A stretch of 64,000 nt of DNA. Origin: Octopus vulgaris (lineage: Eukaryota). The DNA lies in the NCBI GenBank assembly GCA_951406725.2, contig OX597833.1, positions 21,018,001-21,082,000 on the forward strand, read 5' to 3'. Both the position numbers and the translations under genes were made by a program. The notes under the pieces were generated by a model. It saw nothing but the letters and a program-made list of their open reading frames with translations, was not told the DNA's origin and made no database searches. Numbering within the stretch: the stretch's first letter is position 1; the number at the start of each line of letters is the position of its first letter. Below, piece by piece: positions 55,502-64,000 of the stretch.

Positions 55502-55905
55502 GAAGGCGGCGAGCTGGCAGATGCGTTAGCACGCCGGGCGAAATGTCTAACGGTATTTCGTCTGCCGTTACGTTCTGAGTTCAAATTCCGCCGAAGTCGA
55601 CTTTGCCTTTCATCCTTTCGTGGTCGATAAAATAAGTACCAGTTATGCACTGGAGTCGATCTAATCGACTTAATCCGTTTGTCTGTCCTTGTTTGTCCTC
55701 TCTGTGTTTAGCCCCTTGTGGATAGTTAAGAAATAGGTATTTCGTCTGCCGCTACGTTCTGAGTTCAAATTCCGCTGAAGTCGACTTTGCCTTTCATCCT
55801 TTCGGGATCGATAAATTAAGTACCAGTTGCGTACTGGGGTTGATCTAATCGACTTTCCCTCTCCCCCAAAATTTCAGGCCAAGAGTAGAAAAAAGAAAAG
55901 AAAAG
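55502..55905 (+). mobile_element. family B SINE dimer with TSD
   Basis: AATATTCCAT(G/A)CAT on both flanks. Confidence 0.85.
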
Positions 55906-57549
55906 AATATTCCATACATTGGTTAGGGTCCTCTTAAGCTACTCCCTTCAGCACACTTAAAACTACCCTGCTTTTCCTTTTTTAAATAACAACGTGGATT
56001 AACTAACGGAAAAATGGTTTTGGTGATCAAAAGCATGTGGCTGGTCTCTCACTCAGCTAACAATAACAACCGAATCTCCCTCAAATTATACCCTATCCTC
56101 TTAAATTGAAAAGAAAAAAAACGAAAGAACAGTATATCAGAAAATAAGTCAGGAAGGGTCGCTCGCTCGGTTAAGAATAACAGTCAGATTTCTCTCAAAT
56201 TACACTTTTTTTCTTGTTGCCCCATCCTTTATCAAAAAAAAAAAAAAGACTTCAGATGAGGTGGAAGATTTTGTGACATACTTGTCTCAAAATCTTTCTA
56301 ATTTTCTGAGTAATGACTCACACTCAGTATTACTATTGCCTTTCTTGTCGTCTTCATTGTTCCATGCTGTCAGTGAAATAGCCCTTTTTCTTACACTTCT
56401 TCCTGCCATTAGATTGCAGGCATGCTGGGGCACCACCTTGAAGAATTTTTTGTCGATCCTTTTCTATTAGTTTCTTAAACCAGACTGCTAAGTTACGGGA
56501 AAGTAAACACACCAACACAGGTTTCAAGAGGTGATGGGGATCAAACATAGTCACTCTCTCTCTCTCACACACATACACATATCTATATATTTGTGTATAC
56601 ATACATACATACATACATACATACATACATACATACATGCATGCATGCATGCATGCATACATACATACATACATACATACATACATACATACATACATAC
56701 ATACATACATACATACATAAAATAGTGTGCATTTAAACACAAGAGAAACTACCTCTAACAGGTAATTTTACACGCTAGAAAAAGCAGTCAAAACGACCAA
56801 AATCATATTTAAGAGCAATTTCGAAGGGAATGAAAAATAAAAACTTTTTCCTTGTTATTTTTTTACAGTTATACCTAGATTTTGAATATTTTTAACAAAT
56901 AAAATAATTTGCTAGGCGAAATTCTCGTCAGTAACCGCGCCATAACATTAACATATAATTTAGAGACAAATAACACACATACACATTCATGGCGGGCTTC
57001 TTTCAGTTTCTGCCTACCAAATCCACTCACATGGCTTTGATCGGCCCGAGGTTATAGTAGAAGAAGACTTACCCAAGGTGCCATCGAATGAGACTGAACC
57101 TGGAACCAAATGGTTGGGAATCTAGCTTCTTACTACACAGCCACGCACAATTTCTATGAGAGTATTTTATTCTTTAATTTACAAAATTTTCGAAAAAGAA
57201 GCCTTCGAGATACTGTGCGATGGATAATGTCAAAGGAAATGACCGCATTGTTTCACAAATAGGCGAATGTTTACAAAATGAAATATATGAAAAAGTCCAG
57301 AGATAAACTTTATATCATCCACTCCAAGATAGAAGAGGTTGGAATACAAATGTTCTGAAACGTATGAGCCATCTATGTATCAAACTTAATGCAAATACTT
57401 CGTTTAAATGCTATTTACTGCGGTATACATTTAGAGATAACGTGTCCTATGGACGTACTGTGTTAAAAAACTTAACATATATTGGGAGGAGACGAAAATC
57501 GTCCCAGTCGTGGCAACTGAGAACCCCAGATGCACTTCAGACTCGTTAT

Positions 57550-57961
57550 TTTTCCTATTTCTGTATTGCCCACAAGGGACTAAACACAGAGGGGATAAAC
57601 AAGGACAGAGAGATTAAGTCGATTACATCGACCCCAGTGCGTAACTGGTACTTAATTTATCGACCCCGAAAGGATGAAAGGCAAAGTCGACCTCGGCGGA
57701 ATTTGAACTCAGAACGCAAAGACAGACGAAATACCTATTTCTTTACTACCCACAAGGGGCTAAACACAGAGAGGACAAACAAGGATAGACAAACGGATTA
57801 AGTCAATTACATCGACCCCAGTGCGTAACTGGTACTTAATTTATCGACCCCGAAAGGAGGAAAGGCAAAATGGACCTCGGCGGAATTTGAACTCAGAGCG
57901 TAGAGACAGACGAAATACCGCTAAGCATTTCACCCGGCATGCTAACGTTTCTGCCAGCTCG
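57550..57961 (-). mobile_element. family B SINE dimer
   Basis: Reverse complement of the family B consensus. Confidence 0.85.
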
Positions 57962-57979
57962 TTAGGTTTCATTAATGGT

Positions 57980-58185
57980 CTGTACTCACAGCTAGCGTGT
58001 ACTCACAGCCAGCGTGTACTTACAGCCGGTGCGTACTCGCAGCCTGCGTGTATTCGAAACCAGCATGTATTCAAGCCAGGGTGTATTCACAGCCGGCATG
58101 TACTTCCAACCAACGTGTACTCAGAGTCAGCGTGTACTCAAGCCGGCGTTAATCACAGCCAGCGGGTACTCAAGCCAGCCACGGG
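57980..58185. repeat. degenerate ~20-bp minisatellite (GCGTGTACTCACAGCC)
   Basis: About 10 diverged units. Confidence 0.8.
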
Positions 58186-58274
58186 CTTAAACGAGGTTTT
58201 ACACTGAATTTTAATGTAAGGCTGTTCATGTGTATATATATATATATATATCAAAATAAATTCTCGAACCAACC

Positions 58275-59245
<971 letters not shown>

Positions 59246-59375
59246 TTTTATGCACTAAAATTTGAGTGCTGAGAACGTGTTTGAATGAAAAACATGGTGG
59301 GCCAAATATCACGCACCAAAACATTCGACATTTTATTCACAATAAGTTGGTTTTGTTGTTGTTGTTGTTATCATA

Positions 59376-59456
<81 letters not shown>

Positions 59457-59591
59457 TTTATTTATCATGTACAACTATGTGTGTGTGCATCCCTTTATTT
59501 ATTATTCAATTTTAGGAAAACTGATTTTGAAATATACGTTTTATATGTACTACATACATATATACAATATATATATATATATATATAAAGG

Positions 59592-59840
59592 AGCACTCCG
59601 TCGGTTACGACGACGAAGGTCCCAGCTGATACGATCAACGGAACAGCTTGCTCGTGAAATTAACGTGCAAGTGGCTGAGCAATCTACAGACACGTGTATC
59701 CCTAACGTGGTTCTCAGGGAGATTCAGTGTGACAAGGCTGGCCCTTTGAAACACAGGTACAACTCCTTTTTGCCAGATGAGTGGACTGGAGCAACGTGAA
59801 ATCAAGTGTCTTGCTCAAAGACACAACGCATCGCCGGGAA
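59592..59840 (-). mobile_element. tRNA-derived SINE family D
   Basis: Matches 37148-37430. Confidence 0.8.
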
Positions 59841-59900
59841 TTGAACTCGGCTTAACGATCGTAAGGTGAATGCCCTAACCATTAAGCCACGCGCCTTCAC

Positions 59901-59961
<61 letters not shown>

Positions 59962-60238
59962 CATATTTTAATCTTTGTGCGTGACTTTTGGCCCAGTTTG
60001 GGTGGGGAGAAGAGCGAAATGTGAGAAGAGGATGGTGTTGGGGTGTTGGTAATAAAAATAAATATTAGTTATCTATACTGATGCACCTGAAACGGCGTTG
60101 GATTTCGATATCCTTGATCTTTTGTAAGGTGTGTGTGTGTGTGTGTGTGTGTGCCTGCGTGTGTGCGTATGCACGTGTAATCTATATAAGCGTATACACA
60201 AACATACATATCTATCATCTGTGTGTGTGTGTGTGTGT

Positions 60239-60282
<44 letters not shown>

Positions 60283-60743
60283 GCGCATGGTGTAGTGGTT
60301 TGGGTGTTGCTCTCACGATCGTGAGAACGTGGATTCAATTCCTAGACCGGGCGGCGCGTTGTGTTCTTGAGCAAAACGCCTCATTTCACATTGCTCTGCA
60401 ATCTCTTCGACATCTGACGCGTGGCACACAATGTACCTGTGCAGACGACGTCGATTTGCTAGGCACAGTCAGCTGATGTGCGGCACGATAAACAAGTCAT
60501 TTGTACAGGTCGTTCGGCAAAGCTGAACGCTCATACGTCATCTTCGATGGGAGAGTCCATCACACACACACACACACATTCGGGCGCAGGAGTGACTGAG
60601 TAGTAACACATTTGCTTCCCAACCGCATGGTTCCCGGTTCAGTCTTTATACTCTCCACCCCGTTGACGTTGACTGCTCACCAATACATCAAGCTGTTCCT
60701 GACAAAAAGGAGACATAGAAAATCGTCAAATTTAGCCCAAACA

Positions 60744-60824
<81 letters not shown>

Positions 60825-60831
<7 letters not shown>

Positions 60832-61955
60832 TCTCAGAATGAGATTGAAACATAATCGCTCGATAATATAAATATAGAAGCCATCTTATCATGGCTAACC
60901 ACATTGGGGAGGGGGTGTTACTGTAGCTTTATAGCCCCGAGAGATCTTCGTCTCTAGCTGGCTTTAGACACAATATCAGTGTCCTTGGAGTATTTGCAAA
61001 GGGAGGCCATCCCTTCCTCGCAAGCCTGAGTGATACGCTCGAACTAGTTTCGGGTTTGTTGTCCCTCGTCAACGGGCGGTAACAACCAGGTCACGATGAA
61101 AGTGAAGGCCTCTTTGCAAACATATATAAGTTTTTCTAATGGCGTCTGCCACTGATGTCGAAAAACGAACAGTAAGCATAATTAAATCTCAGAATGAGAT
61201 TGAAACAGTAATCGCTCGAAAATGTAAAGTATAGAAGCCATCTTATCATGGCTAACCACATTGGGGAGGGGGTGTTACTGTAGCTTTATAGCCACGAGAG
61301 ATCTTCGTCTCTAGCTGGCTTTAGACACAATATCATGTCCTTGGAGTATTTGCAAAGGGAGGCCATCCCTTCCTCGCAAGCCTGAGTGATACGCTCGAAC
61401 TAGTTTCCGGATTGTTGTCCTTCGTCAACGGGCGGTAACCACCAGGTCGCGATGAAAGTGAAGGCCTCTTTGCAAACATATATAAGTTTTTCTAATGGCG
61501 TCTGCCACTGATGTCGAAAAACGAACAGGCGCTATAAAGCTACAGTAACACCCCCTCCCCAATGTGGTTAGCCATGATAAGATGGCTTCTATACTTTACA
61601 TTTTCGAGCGATTACTGTTTCAATCTCATTCTGAGATTTAATTATGCTTACTGTTCGTTTTTCGACATCAGTGGCAGACGCCATTAGAAAAACTTATATA
61701 TGTTTGCAAAGAGGCCTTCACTTTCATCGCGACCTGGTGGTTACCGCCCGTTGACGAGGGACAACAAACCCGAAACTAGTTCGAGCGTATCACTCAGGCT
61801 TGCGAGGAAGGGATGGCCTCCCTTTGCAAATACTCCAAGGACACTGATATTGTGTCTAAAGCCAGCTAGAGACGAAGATCTCTTGGGGCTATAAAGCTAC
61901 AGTAACACCCCCTCCCCAATGTGGTTAGCCATGATAAGATGGCTTCTATACTTTA
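60825..61955. mobile_element. ORF-less ~355-bp unit array (2 direct plus 1.2 inverted copies) with HHR motifs; pLTR/retrozyme-like
   Basis: Copies at 60825-61179 and 61180-61528, inverted tract at 61531-61955; (TA)n on both flanks. Confidence 0.8.
61745..61787 (+). ncRNA. minimal hammerhead ribozyme-like motif (UUGACGA core)
   Basis: CGCCCG-TTGACGA-GGG-ACAACAAA-CCC-GAAA-CTAG-TT-CGAGCG; minus-strand copies at ~61037-61078 and ~61392-61434. Confidence 0.65.
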
Positions 61956-62214
61956 TATATATATATATATACATACGTTAATAAATACATACATATTATG
62001 CTTGACTGCTAAATCTACAGGTTTTTTCATTCTCTCTCTGTTTCTTTCTCTTATTCCTTTCTGTTGAAGAGCGTAGACTCGATACGTAAAAGAGTTTTTC
62101 ATTTTTCATTGTCCTGTGCGTCGAACTAATACACCTGTTTGTTGTTCATACACCTGTTTTCGTCTTTTGTTTTTCTATAAATTTCCTCTCTCTCTCATCC
62201 TCTCTCCCTCCATT

Positions 62215-62292
<78 letters not shown>

Positions 62293-62296
<4 letters not shown>

Positions 62297-63951
62297 CAGA
62301 AATACCCGACGTTGCTCGCGATTTGTATATATGGTACAAGTTAAGTTGAAACGTGTGATATGGAGAAGTGTACAATTGACGACAAAGCATTTGTGGAGTA
62401 AATGAAGGGCTCGTTCGATTAAGTGACATGTCTTGCGTCTGTTTGGAAGATTCCAGGCCCTAACCTTGTCGTGGAAAAGTGAATGGAGGATATGTGATTC
62501 TTGAACGCACCAAAAAGCTGTCAGTGGATATGATTTCTTTTGCGGCTGTCGGCGCTGCCGCTACAAAGCTGAAAAATCATGAGATATAGGAACTTCATCT
62601 ATGCGATAAATTAAGCCTGAGGGCGCGCTCAACAGTACCACATGAGAGAAATCTACATGAAAGATATGACGTGGTAAGGCGGGGGATTGACAAAGAAGCG
62701 CTTGAAAACAACACAGTCTTGCGATATTTCGGTTTGGAATCAATAGTCGTGGCTCAATGATGCACTGCTTCGCGTAAACAGCATGTGACCATTGTGAGGA
62801 CAACTCAGCTACCAAACGAAAACAATTCTGCATGCAGCATTGGGGTACGCGAGGTCACATTAAGGAAGGATGAAAGTCAAAGTCGACCTCGGCGGAATTT
62901 GAACTCAGAACGTAACGGCAGACGAAATACCGTTAGACATTTCGCCCGGCGTGCTAACGCGTCTGCCAGCTCGCCGCCTTCGATGCATGGAATATTGAAG
63001 TTTCCATTTATCGAGCAACACACACAGTCTCTAACAAGAGTGGTTGGGTCACGTAATGTTGGATTGCTGACGTGGTTGGGGATCAATAATCGTGGCTCAA
63101 CTGTGCACTCCGCGTAAACAGCGTGCGACCACTGTGAGGGTTACTCAGCTCCTGAACGAAAACAATTCTGCATGCAGCATCGGGGTACGCGAGGTCACAT
63201 TAAGGACACGGTCTCTAACAAGAGTGGTTGGGTTACGTAATGTTGGATTGCTGACGTGGTTGGGGATCAATAGTCGTGGCTCAACTGTGCACTCCGCGTA
63301 AACAGCGTGCGACCACTGTGAGGGTTACTCAGCTCCTGAACGAAAACAATTCTGCATGCAGCGACCGGGGACGCATGGTCACATTAAGGACATGGTCTCT
63401 AACTAACGTCGTTGGGTCTTAGACACAATAAATTAGTAGGTTAATGTACATGTGATATTTTAGTTTGTAATCAATAGCTGAAGAATATTTGCATGGACTT
63501 TGTCTATGCTTAGACGGAAGACTTTGATACTGAAGCTAAAAGAAAATAGTTGAATAGTTGCTCAGGATTTAATATATTTTAGCATAATTTTCATAATAAA
63601 CAAAGTGCATTCCAAACGGTTTTTATTCCAACAAATTTCTACCTATGGTACTACGGGTACAGGCAATTATTGCTACCAATTAGACAAGGCAGTTTGAAGT
63701 CTACATCAGTTCTTCCATTTAATACAACCTACATATATTGTTTCAGTAGTTGAATTTGACAGTTTGAACAGAAGCAATGTGTGGACCATGCGAGTAGTCG
63801 TACGTATCCCAGGAAAGAGGGTATTCTGCCCCAAGAGGCCCCATTACTCATTATGTGAAAATTTTCAAGAGTCTAAAACCATCTCTGGAACGTAAGGAAT
63901 GCATGTTCCCAACTTGGAGAAAATCAGTTGCGAACTTCAGAAGTTCTGCGG

Positions 63952-64000
<49 letters not shown>
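62293..64000 (-). mobile_element. non-autonomous Helitron-like element with internal ~180-bp tandem repeats (62735-63420), running off the window
   Basis: 3'-end-like TAGCAGAAATACCCGACGTTGCTCGCG hairpin; far end resembles the 5' region of 14248-14789, before a (CA)n tract. Confidence 0.55.

Overview
Repeat-dominated eukaryotic (animal) genomic DNA. The SINE, RTE and Penelope families and the long (TA)n tracts resemble an octopus/coleoid genome; that assignment is an inference. The only host gene I recognise is the 5' end of cytoplasmic dynein-2 heavy chain (DYNC2H1, retrograde IFT motor) on the minus strand. It has two coding exons (27264-27449 and 22252-22561), a very long second intron that appears to run off the left edge, and a candidate RFX X-box about 1.7 kb upstream. 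The rest is tRNA-derived SINEs, RTE and L1/Tx1 LINE remnants, Penelope-like elements, a full-length mariner, MITEs, Helitron-like elements and microsatellites. Most ORFs in the supplied track are microsatellite or SINE artefacts. The most interesting signal is a set of type I hammerhead ribozyme (HHR) motifs in Penelope pseudo-LTRs and ORF-less ~350-bp units inserted in (TA)n. These include one fully canonical extended HHR (17292-17403), a tandem plus inverted retrozyme-like array (60825-61955), and a Penelope whose inverted 5' copy starts exactly at the predicted HHR cleavage site. All structures were read by eye and none were computed.
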